From the NCBI GenBank assembly GCA_030754595.1, contig JASLZZ010000122.1, positions 1-49,779 of the forward strand: a DNA stretch of 49,779 nucleotides, in the 5' to 3' direction. Below the pieces are notes generated by a model, which did no database searches, was not told the origin of the DNA, and worked only from the letters and a program-made list of their open reading frames with translations. A program made the translations under genes and the position numbers. The stretch is from Nitrospinota bacterium. GTDB lineage: Bacteria > UBA8248. Each line of letters begins with the position of its first letter. Position 1 is the stretch's first letter. Shown here one piece after another: positions 10,881 through 21,033 of this stretch.

Positions 10881-10940
10881 ATTTCCTCCTGTCGCGCCGG
10901 CCGGGCTAGCAGCCCAGGCTGGGCTAGCAACCCCGCCCAG

Positions 10941-11711
10941 TTAGCGCTCCACCCGGCGAAGCGCGGCGAACTCCGAGTAACGCACCCCCTCGGGATCGAT
11001 CTCGGCGAGGGCGGAGAGTTCATCCCCCGTAGGCGGGATTGTCACGGGTATTTCAGCACCCAAATCGAGCGGAAAACCCGTCCGCCCGGCCACCTCTTCC
11101 ACCGAAACGCCCGGATGAACGCTCCCCAGCTCAAGACCCTCATCGCGCATCTCCATCACGGCCAGCGGAGTGACCACCCGCGCCAGGTTGCCCGACTGGG
11201 TGACGAAATCCACCTTCTCGACAAAAGTGCGCCGGTCGTGCACCACCCGCCATATCACGATCCGCCGAGCCTGCTCCATGATGACCGACCCGCCCCCGCC
11301 TCCGGGCAGGCGAACCTTTGGGGCGGACGGCTCGCCGATGTAGCTCATGTTCACGCGGCCCGCCTTGTCGATCTGTGCGCCGCCCAGGTACATGAGATCG
11401 ACCCCGCCCCGCGCGAAAAGATCGTAGGCGTCGGCGTTCGAGAAGATCGCCGCCGCCCCCTGGCACAGTGCCGGATCGTTCGTGCTGAAGGGCAGCCGCT
11501 CGGGCCTCGGGTCCACAGAGCCGGCCACCTCGATGAGAACGCTCCCCGGCGCATGCAGCTTTTTTGCGAGAAAAATCGCCACCATCGGAAGCGGGGAGTT
11601 CACGCCGTGAAAGACGCGCTCGCCCTCGCGCAGCTCCCGGGCCAGGCAGACGGCCATTTGATCCGCCGCATCGCGCGCGGCCTGAATTTCGCTTTCCGTT
11701 TTCAAGGTCAT
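10941..11711 (-). CDS. Family I CoA-transferase-fold beta subunit (GctB/IpdB-like)
   Basis: LHAP, LGGAQIDKAGRVN, RLPGGGGG, TFVEKVDFVT, VVTPLAVM, SVHPGVS...TGF motifs. Confidence 0.9.
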   Translation of the reverse strand: MTLKTESEIQAARDAADQMAVCLARELREGERVFHGVNSPLPMVAIFLAKKLHAPGSVLIEVAGSVDPRPERLPFSTNDPALCQGAAAIFSNADAYDLFARGGVDLMYLGGAQIDKAGRVNMSYIGEPSAPKVRLPGGGGGSVIMEQARRIVIWRVVHDRRTFVEKVDFVTQSGNLARVVTPLAVMEMRDEGLELGSVHPGVSVEEVAGRTGFPLDLGAEIPVTIPPTGDELSALAEIDPEGVRYSEFAALRRVER

Positions 11712-11715
11712 TTGA

Positions 11716-12525
11716 TCATACCTGTAGATACGTCTCGGCTTCGGCGAGATATTCGGCGAGACCGTCCGCCGTTCGGGAAACCTCCATGTAGCGGCGCATC
11801 CTCGCCTCGTCCACTCCGTAGGCCGGCGAGCAGCTGCAGGGCGCGGCCCCCCCCGGCGCATGAGCGACGGCGGCCACCAGGAAGCCGGGAATGGCCGTCA
11901 TCTCGGGCTCCTCTCTAAAGCGCTCGGCGGGCGCCAATTTCTCGGCGGTGACGATGACCCCCTTCGCCGCGCGCATCATTTCGATATCGAAATATCGCGG
12001 GCCGTAGATGCGCGCGTTCCCCTCCCCGTCGGCTTCGTGGACGTGGATGATAGCCCAGTCGGGACGGAGCGCGGGGATGGCGTACAGCGTTTCGCCGGTG
12101 TACGGGTCATCGATGGTTTGGATTCCGCTGCGCTCGGGGATATCGCTTCCCTTGAACCCGCGCAGGGGCTGGAAGGGGTTGCCGTAGGCTGCGGCCCGCA
12201 GCCCCGCGAGGATGCTCGCTCAGGCGTGCTCGGTCAGCCCGGCCAACCCCTTTTCGATGGACCGACGGTAGTTCGGGGCGAGGCCGTAGCTGGCCTCGAA
12301 GGTGACGATTCCGCTCAGGACCCGGCCCAGCGCCCCCGCCGCGCAAAGGAGGTCGGCGTCGTAGCCCGGAGAGGGTTTGATGAGGGTGAGATTCTTCCGT
12401 CCGGCGCGGGCCAGCTCGTGAAGAAGGGTCGAGGGCGCGCGGTGGAGCAGGCTTCCGCTCGTGGAGATGGCTTCCCCGTCCTTGATCAGTCCCGCGGCCT
12501 CGGCCACCGTGATTAATTTCATCAT
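11716..12525 (-). CDS. Family I CoA-transferase-fold alpha subunit, predicted selenoprotein (TGA 12220-12222 = U102), 269 aa
   Basis: ORFs 12220..12570 and 11716..11979 share one frame, separated by a single TGA. Readthrough gives LTEHA-U-ASILAGLRAAAYGNPFQP...DPYTG...RPDWAIIHVHEADGEGNARI, colinear with the paralogue at 10047..10880. Confidence 0.82.
12187..12203 (-). promoter_or_regulatory. Candidate bacterial SECIS of the alpha-subunit gene
   Basis: GGCUGC-[GGGCC]-GCAGCC perfect 6-bp stem; loop at +23 after the UGA; not maintained in the Cys paralogue. Confidence 0.5.
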
Positions 12526-12619
12526 TTTCCTCTCCCGGTCAGGACGAATCTTCCTTATGGCAGGCCGCATGGTAGGCGAATCTCGCCGATATGTCAGGGC
12601 CGCTAGCTCAATCGGCGGT

Positions 12620-13884
12620 TCAACCGGCTAATAAACCCGCCGCACAACCGGCCACCGGTTCGGCGAAGGCCGGGGCCGGCTCCTCGCTGATGGCCCAACT
12701 CATCCCCGCCGCGACGAAACAGATCATGGCGGACGCCAGAAAAATCGGCTGATAGTTCCCCCAGAGGTCGTGAACGAGTCCTCCGGCATAGGCGCCCGCC
12801 GCCGAGCCAATCTGGTGGCTCAAAAAAACGAGGCCGAACACCGTGCCGCCCGAGCGGTTCCCGAAAAGAGTGGTCGAGAGAGCCGTGGTGGGGGGTACGG
12901 TCGCGAAATCCACCAGGCCGAAGGCCACCTCGAATACGAACAGCATCACCGGATCGCTGACGAACATGAGGAAAAAAAGCGATACCGCGCGCCCCACGTA
13001 AATCCAGCCCAAAAGCCTTTTGTGCCCCCAACGGTCCGAGATCGCTCCGGAGATGAGAGTCCCCAACGCGTTAAACGCCCCGAGCGTTCCGAAGGCCGTG
13101 GCGGCGGTGAAGGTGTCGATGTGAATTTCCTCGGCATAGGGAATCAGGTGCGTTTCGATGAGACCCGCCGTCGTGAACCCGCAAATCCCAAAACTGCCGA
13201 TGAGCCACCAGAAATTCACCTCCCGGGCGATCCGGGCAAGAGGATGCGGACGCCCCCCCTCCCCCTCGCGGGGTTGCTCCCCTCTCACCACCTCCGGCGG
13301 ATCGTCCCTGAAGAAAAGCAGGAATATAGGAACGGCGATGAACAGCACGGCCGCCCCGGACCAGAAGTAGGCCGTCCGCCAGCCGTAGCGTTCCATGAAC
13401 GCCGCGAAAGCGGGCAATAATATGAGCTGGCCGGCGGCTCCTCCGGCGGCGACTACGCCGACTGCGAACGCCCGGTTCCGGCTGAACCATCGGGAGATCG
13501 CCACCGCCGCGGTCACGTTGGCCGAGCCTCCGGCCGCCAGCAACAGCCCGCCCCCGAACACGAGGTAGACGTGCCAGAGACTCTGGATGAACCCCATCGC
13601 CACGGTGAATACGGCCATTAAAATAAAGCTGCCCACGAAAACCACCCGGGGGCCATAGATATCGGCCCAGCGCCCCGAAATCGCCCGGGCGAGGCCATTG
13701 CTCAGAAACCCGATGGACCCCACCAGGCTGATGGCCGCCCTGTCCCAGCCAAACTTCACCTCCCAAGGCCGTATCAGCAGGCCGAATGTGGAGCGAACCC
13801 CCATCGGAATGGCCATGGCGAGGAAGCAAAGCGCACGATCACCCAGGCGTAGGAACTTTCGCGCTCATCCGCTTGATTCATCAT
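12620..13884 (-). CDS. MFS transporter with an apparent 1-nt frameshift near 13834
   Basis: GRWADIYGPR and GAISDRWGHK MFS loop motifs. The N-terminus MMNQADERESSYAWVIV (ATG 13884, with RBS) is out of frame by one base with ALCFLAMAIPMGVRSTFG. Confidence 0.85.
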
Positions 13885-13990
13885 TCTTCCTTTACGGCCC
13901 GCGACTTTGCAGCCCGCAACTTTGAGAGTCTAAAGAGGAGCAGGAGTGATAAGAGGCCGCGCCTTGAGAGAGCCGGCCCGGCCATGAAAG

Positions 13991-14416
13991 TCAGTCGATC
14001 ACGGCGACGGCGTTGATCTCGATCAGGCAGCGCGGGTCGGTGGCGAGCCGGACCACCTGGACGGATGTCGTCGCCGGTTTGTTGTCCCCGAAATACTCCC
14101 CCCAAACGCGGTTGAGATCGTCCTGATCGGTCAGGTCGGTCTGATAGCGCGACACCGTGACCACATCATCGAACGTGGCGCCGACGGACTCGAGGCCATT
14201 CTTGAGGTTTTCGAGGGCGGCGCGCGACTGACCCGCCATGTCCGGGGGCATGGCGTCGAACTCCTCGGGGCGGTGCGGGTGGTGATGATAGACCGGCGCC
14301 GCCGTGACGCCCGCGAAATACACCGTCGTTCCCCCGGTGACCTTGATCGCCGGGGCGTAGGGCATCCACAGGTCCGGGGCGTCGGGCCAGTGGACGTGCT
14401 CGATCGACTTGGGCAT
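13991..14416 (-). CDS. RidA/YjgF/UK114 family protein
   Basis: YAPAIKV, ALENLK..LESVGATFDDVV, YFGDNKPATT, LIEINAVAV. Confidence 0.88.
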   Translation of the reverse strand: MPKSIEHVHWPDAPDLWMPYAPAIKVTGGTTVYFAGVTAAPVYHHHPHRPEEFDAMPPDMAGQSRAALENLKNGLESVGATFDDVVTVSRYQTDLTDQDDLNRVWGEYFGDNKPATTSVQVVRLATDPRCLIEINAVAVID

Positions 14417-14569
14417 GGGTCGTTCCCTCCTTAATGAATTCAAGCGAAATAATTCGCCACCATCATAATCGAAAATGAAGCCGAAGCCTCGTGGTCATTT
14501 CGGGGCAAAATGCTATGATTCGGGCTTCAATTCAAATCGCGTCAACGAAACGGACAAGGGATACGGATC

Positions 14570-15334
14570 ATGGCCGGGGGAATTCTCGAAGGGAAAAAAG
14601 CTGTGGTCACGGGCGGTTCCTCGGGCATCGGGGCCTCAATCGCCGAGCGATTCGCCTCGGAGGGAGCCGACATCTGGATGGCCGGCGGCAGCAGCGCCGA
14701 GGGCCTTCAAAAATCAATCGACTCCTGCGCCGCCCACGGCGTAAAGGCGAGCGGGGCGCTCTACGATCTTTCCGACTCGAGGAACGCGGCCACCCTCGTG
14801 AAGGAGGGCGCGGAATACCACGGCGGGCTCGATATCTTGGTCAACTCGGCGGGCACGCGGAACCTGAGCGCCTTCGTCGATATCGAGGACGAAGCCATCG
14901 ATCTCCTCTTCGAGGTGAACGCCAAATCGGCGTTTTTCGCCTCGCGCGAGGCCGCCCGCATCATGGTCCCGCAGGGAAGCGGCCACATCCTGATGATAGG
15001 CTCGGACGCCGGCGAGCACGGCACCCCGAACTTCTCCCTCTACGGCGTGACCAAGGCCACCATGCACGCCCTGACGAAAAATCTCGCCATCGAGCTGGGG
15101 CCCTCCGGCCTGAGGGTCAATTGCATGGCGATGGGGCCCGTCCGTAGCGGCCGCGTGAAAGAAATGCTCGAAAACGACCCCGAATTCTACAAGAGTCGAA
15201 TCAACAAAATCCCCATCCGGGACTTTGGCCTCCCGGAACATATCGCCGACACCGCCCTGTTCATCGTCTCCCCCTCGAACAACTTCATGAGCGGCGCTAT
15301 CGTCATGATCGACGGCGGCATCACCGCCGGTTAG
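14570..15334 (+). CDS. SDR family oxidoreductase
   Basis: TGGSSGIG, LVNSAG, YGVTK, IDGG. Confidence 0.92.
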   Translation: MAGGILEGKKAVVTGGSSGIGASIAERFASEGADIWMAGGSSAEGLQKSIDSCAAHGVKASGALYDLSDSRNAATLVKEGAEYHGGLDILVNSAGTRNLSAFVDIEDEAIDLLFEVNAKSAFFASREAARIMVPQGSGHILMIGSDAGEHGTPNFSLYGVTKATMHALTKNLAIELGPSGLRVNCMAMGPVRSGRVKEMLENDPEFYKSRINKIPIRDFGLPEHIADTALFIVSPSNNFMSGAIVMIDGGITAG

Positions 15335-15353
15335 CTCCGGCCAGAAAGAGCAT

Positions 15354-16118
15354 ATGACCGACAAAACGCTCGCCAGAAAAAACGCCGTCGTGACGGGAGC
15401 CTCCTCGGGCATGGGGGCCGCCATCGCCCGCCGCATCGCGGCGGCGGGGGCCGGCGTCTGGGCCGTGGGCGGCGCCAACGCCGAAGCCCTCGGCGAGACG
15501 ATCGACTCGTGCGCCGCCGCCGGGGTCCGCGCCGGCGGAAAAGGATACGATTTTTCGGACAGCCGCCAGGCGGGCGCCGCCGTCCGGGAGGGAGCGGAGT
15601 TCCTCGGCGGCCTCGACATCCTGATCAATTGCGCGGGAACTCGAAACTTCAAGGCGCTTGTGGACACCGACGACGAGGACATCGATTTCATGTTCGAGGT
15701 GAACGCGAAATCCTATTTTTTCGCGGCGCGGGAAGCGGCCCGGCTCATGGTCCCCCTGGGAAGCGGGCAAATTCTCATGATCGGCTCGGTCTCGGGCGAG
15801 CGCGCGCGGGCGAACCGAGCGCTCTACTGCGCGACGAAGGCCGCCGTGCACCTGCTCACCCAGAGCCTGGCACTCGAGCTGGGCCCGCTCGGCATACGGG
15901 TCAATTGCCTCGCGCCGGGGCTCATCGACAGCGGAAGGGTGAAGGTAATGCTGAAAGAGGACCCCGCCCAGTCGAAAAAACGAATCGCCGGCATTCCTCT
16001 GGGCCAGCTGGGCGACCCCGAAAATATCGCCGCTACCGTCGTATTTTTTCTCTCGCCCGAAAACGATTTCATGAACGGGTCCATCGTCGCCGTGGACGGG
16101 GGCTCCAGCGCGGGGTGA
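15354..16118 (+). CDS. SDR family oxidoreductase (tandem paralogue of the preceding gene)
   Basis: TGASSGMG, LINCAG, YCATK, VDGG; same length (254 aa) and colinear with the upstream SDR. Confidence 0.92.
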   Translation: MTDKTLARKNAVVTGASSGMGAAIARRIAAAGAGVWAVGGANAEALGETIDSCAAAGVRAGGKGYDFSDSRQAGAAVREGAEFLGGLDILINCAGTRNFKALVDTDDEDIDFMFEVNAKSYFFAAREAARLMVPLGSGQILMIGSVSGERARANRALYCATKAAVHLLTQSLALELGPLGIRVNCLAPGLIDSGRVKVMLKEDPAQSKKRIAGIPLGQLGDPENIAATVVFFLSPENDFMNGSIVAVDGGSSAG

Positions 16119-16462
16119 ACACGAGGCGGGCCCCCGAGACGAGACCCCGGAGCCGCGTCCAATCCTTTTTTCTTCTTTGGCTTTACCGGGCGCCCGCCGC
16201 ATGGGCGTTGCCATCTCTCCCGGCAATTTTTTAGGCACAAATCCTTCGTTTTGCTCCGAAAATCCCAAATAATTCAATCAATTCCCTCTTTTTTCGGCCC
16301 GGGCCGGCTGGCCTTTATCGGCCTGATTCCAAAACACTTAAGGGGAAAAACGCACGGTGAAAAATAAACATTTAAAAGCGTTAATCCCTTCCCGTCCACC
16401 GCCGATACATCTATTAACGGGCAGGAAAGCTCGTTGCACTACTTGAGATAGGAGATAAAGAG

Positions 16463-16642
16463 ATGGCGATGGAATGTTGTGTATGTGAAGACGTTCTGCT
16501 TCATGTCGATGAGGTGGACGAGCTTCAGAAATCGAAAAAAGACGGTGAGCCTTGCATGGTGTCGAGCGGTTATTGCCCGGATTATTTTGGGCGGCTCGTG
16601 GGAAGCGCCATCGGGATTCACGCCGAAAAAGCGGTAGCCTAG
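16463..16642 (+). CDS. Small Cys-rich protein (59 aa), putative metal-binding; absent from the ORF track
   Basis: AGGAG RBS; MAMECCVCEDVLLHVDEVDELQKSKKDGEPCMVSSGYCPDYFGRLVGSAIGIHAEKAVA*; followed by a plus-strand terminator. Confidence 0.6.
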   Translation: MAMECCVCEDVLLHVDEVDELQKSKKDGEPCMVSSGYCPDYFGRLVGSAIGIHAEKAVA

Positions 16643-16683
16643 CTTTTACGTACGAACGGCCAGCGCTTCGTTTTAACATCCCA

Positions 16684-16733
16684 ACGGGCGCGTTTCGGTG
16701 GCATGAAAATATCCCGAATCGCGTCCGTTTTTT

Positions 16734-16735
<2 letters not shown>
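16684..16735 (+). terminator. Probable intrinsic terminator between the small ORF and eno
   Basis: AACGGGCGCG...CGCGTCCGTT stem followed by a T run. Confidence 0.55.
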
Positions 16736-18062
<1,327 letters not shown>

Positions 18063-18181
18063 TTACGGCTCCCCCCCAACCGCGGCAGCGCGGACAATCG
18101 CGCCGCGAGAGGATTTCGGTCCTAACGACAAGTTAAAAAAATATGTGTCAGGCGAGTTTTGCCGGCCGAGAATTGTACCTT

Positions 18182-18640
18182 CTAGCTTCGATCCCGCTGG
18201 AGCCTCTCGAATTCTTCCTCGAAATCCTTCACCGTCCCGAAGGCGCGGTAAACCGAGGCGAAGCGAACATAGGCCACCTGGTCGGTTTCCCTGAGTTCAT
18301 CCATCACCTTCTCGCCGATAACGGAAGTGGAGACCTCCTTGTCGCCGGTATCGAGAATAAACCGCTCGACCCGGTCAACGATGGCCTCCTGATCCTCCGC
18401 CGAAACGGGCCGCTTTTCCAGCGCCCTCTGGATGCCGAGACGAATCTTGTCGCGGTTGTAGTTTCCCCTTGAACCGTCCTTTTTTACGATAAGGGGCCAA
18501 GACACCTCGGGGCGCTCGTAGGTCGTAAACCGATGGGCGCAGGACTCACACTCGCGCCTTCGGCGGACGGCATTACCCTCCTTCGTCGTCCGGCTATCGA
18601 CGACCCGGCTGTCGGGACTTGAGCAAACAGGACACTTCAT
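18182..18640 (-). CDS. nrdR: Transcriptional repressor NrdR
   Basis: MKCPVC, DSR, RRRREC..C..RFTTYE, VAYVRFASVY. Confidence 0.97.
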   Translation of the reverse strand: MKCPVCSSPDSRVVDSRTTKEGNAVRRRRECESCAHRFTTYERPEVSWPLIVKKDGSRGNYNRDKIRLGIQRALEKRPVSAEDQEAIVDRVERFILDTGDKEVSTSVIGEKVMDELRETDQVAYVRFASVYRAFGTVKDFEEEFERLQRDRS

Positions 18641-18664
18641 CTGATTTTCCCCGGGGCATTGGGG

Positions 18665-19123
18665 TTAAATAGCGGTCTCGTGGGATTGTTCCAAACCGGC
18701 GATTTTCGATACCCGCCTCGCATGGCGTCCCTCCTCGAAGGGCGTGTCGAGCCAAAGGCGGATCAAGCGTTTCGCCTCGTCCACATCCAGGGAGCGTCCG
18801 CCAAGAGCCATGACATTGGCATCGTTGTGGCGGCGGCTCATCTCAGTGCTCCACTCGTCGTAGCAATTGACGGCGCGGACGCCGGCGAATTTATTCGCCA
18901 CGATGGTCATTCCCGCTCCCGAACCGCAGCAGAGAATCGCCCTCGCCGATTCGCCATCGCTCACCGAGCGGGCGGCCGGCACCCCATAGTAGGGGTAATC
19001 GCAGGATTCATCTGAGCCGGTCCCGTAATCCTTGTAGGGGATATTCGCCTCCTCCAGCACCGACTTCACCGCCTCCTTCATGGCAAAACCGCCGTGATCG
19101 CTGGCAATGGCTATGGGTTTCAT
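18665..19123 (-). CDS. rpiB: Ribose-5-phosphate isomerase B
   Basis: SDHGG, CGSGAG, ANK, RRHNDAN, FEEGRHARRV. Confidence 0.95.
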   Translation of the reverse strand: MKPIAIASDHGGFAMKEAVKSVLEEANIPYKDYGTGSDESCDYPYYGVPAARSVSDGESARAILCCGSGAGMTIVANKFAGVRAVNCYDEWSTEMSRRHNDANVMALGGRSLDVDEAKRLIRLWLDTPFEEGRHARRVSKIAGLEQSHETAI

Positions 19124-19207
19124 CCATCAGGCTCCGTCGGATTGGGGGCGGGAAAATCCGCCCGGCGGGCGAGATTTTTCACACCGTATGCACCGTGAAG
19201 GGCAAAG

Positions 19208-19708
19208 TCAAGCAATTCTCCCCGTCGAATAACAGGGAGACTTTGGAGGCTTCGCCTCGCATTTAAACTCCTTGGCGCAGATTCGAAGGCACGAGCCGAG
19301 GGCGACCTTGGCCTTCTGAGAAGCCTTCGAGGCGGCTCCCGCCGCCGAGGAGATGGAGAGGTAGGTCTGCTAGCAGGCTTCCTCGCAGCCCCACCGCGAG
19401 AGCCCGCAATTCCTTCCCCCTTGGGAGGAAGCCTTTTTCGCTTTCTTGGGTTTCTTCGCTTTCTTGGGCTTCTTGGGCGCCCGGGGGGCTTTGGGCTTCT
19501 TCGGCGCACTGCCGGGCCTTATGTCGGAGGTATCCATCGTATCGCCGCTTTCGCACGCCACCTTTCCGGAGACGATATCCTCGACCGGGGTCGTTCCTCT
19601 TGGACACTTTTTCGCCGCCGCGAATACCCGGGCGCCGGGATAATCAATCGAAGCTGGGAGCAGCCCTATCGCCGCCAAAAGAAAGACAGTTCGCAAAGTG
19701 ACAATCAT
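19208..19708 (-). CDS. Secreted Cys/Lys-rich small protein, interrupted by an in-frame TAG at 19370-19372
   Basis: Signal-peptide-like N-terminus and PKK repeats. After CEEAC* the frame continues for 53 codons (QTYLSISS...GSCLRICAKEFKC...). Confidence 0.55.
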
Positions 19709-19731
19709 GGCTTCCCTCTTTCCCGGCCCGG

Positions 19732-21018
19732 CTATCCCGATGCCTTGGCCGATCGAATAAGGCGCCCGAACTCGGGCTCGCCCAACACCTTCCTGCAGGC
19801 CTCCTGGACCACTTTCTGGAGCGCGCTCTCCGCGGCCAGCCGGTCCCCCGCCTCTAGTTTACCCCGGGCATCGAGCAGGCCGAGCACCACGCCCACCCAG
19901 CTGTCCTCGCGGGACAGACCCACGGCCTTCTCGGTCGCGGCCTCGAGCCATTTTCGGGCCTCCTCGCCGCGCCCCGCATCAAAAAGCAGCGCAGCGGCCA
20001 TCACCATCGGAACCGGGTCCTCCTCCCTCAACCGCCCGCAGGATAACATCGCCTGAGCCGCCTGGCGCTTTTCCTTTTCATCGCCGTCGAGCCCGTACTG
20101 GGCAACGACCCGGTGCAAAAACTCGGTGGCCCCGAGGCGGCGGTAGCCCTCTTCCCAGGTTTTAACGGCCCGCTTGGACCGCCCCGACAGAAGGTGCGCA
20201 TCCCCCAGTCGCAGCCGGGGCCCGCTCTCCTCGGGCATGCGCCGCACCGCCTCCTCGAGCAGCTCCGCCGCCGCCTTTCCGTCGGAGAGGGCGATTTTCT
20301 CCTCGCCCGCCGCCATCAAGATATCGCCCTCGGCCCGCTCGTCCGCCGCCCTCTGGGAGACCGACGCCCAAGAGGAGGAGAGCTTTCGGCTGGCCGCCAG
20401 CGCCTTCTCCCAGCGCTCCTGGCCGGCGAACATGTCGCGCAGGCGTCGAATAATATCCGGGTGAACCGCTCCGCTCTCACCCAGCCGGGAGAGCAGTTTC
20501 TCGGCCTCTCCGGTCCGGTTGGCGTCTTCGAGGTTTGAGGATAGCCGGACCAGCGCCTCGAGCGAGTCCGGCGACAATGAATGGAGCCGCTCGCTGCACC
20601 GAAGCGCTTCTTCGAGATCGCCCGCCTCGGCCGCCAGATCCCCGGCCAGGCCGAAGGCGGGGGAAAGCGCGGGATCGAGCCGTGCCGCCTTCCTCGCCTT
20701 TCGCCGGGCGGCCCGGATTTTCCCCCGCGACCTGAGCGCCTCCGCACGGGAGAAAACGCTTCGCGCCCTTACGCGCCGCCGGGCGGCCCGGCGCTCGCGC
20801 TGGCGCGACAACCCGGCAATCCCGGTCTCGGTCCATCCAAGCAGACTGGCGAAAAAAGCCCCGGCAAGTGCGGAGAGGAAAATCAGGATGACAACGGGGA
20901 TATCGGATATGACCACATCCTTGGCGATGTGGAATGCTACCGTGAAGCGGTTAAAATGGAGAATATACAGGGCAACGGCGAGAGGCAGGACAAGCGCGAG
21001 AATCAGGCGAAGTCCCAT
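19732..21018 (-). CDS. Membrane-anchored TPR protein (LapA-domain plus LapB/HemY-like repeats)
   Basis: Two N-terminal TM segments around an FN motif, followed by multiple TPR-like helices. Confidence 0.7.
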   Translation of the reverse strand: MGLRLILALVLPLAVALYILHFNRFTVAFHIAKDVVISDIPVVILIFLSALAGAFFASLLGWTETGIAGLSRQRERRAARRRVRARSVFSRAEALRSRGKIRAARRKARKAARLDPALSPAFGLAGDLAAEAGDLEEALRCSERLHSLSPDSLEALVRLSSNLEDANRTGEAEKLLSRLGESGAVHPDIIRRLRDMFAGQERWEKALAASRKLSSSWASVSQRAADERAEGDILMAAGEEKIALSDGKAAAELLEEAVRRMPEESGPRLRLGDAHLLSGRSKRAVKTWEEGYRRLGATEFLHRVVAQYGLDGDEKEKRQAAQAMLSCGRLREEDPVPMVMAAALLFDAGRGEEARKWLEAATEKAVGLSREDSWVGVVLGLLDARGKLEAGDRLAAESALQKVVQEACRKVLGEPEFGRLIRSAKASG

Positions 21019-21033
21019 GCCTTACCCCCTCCC

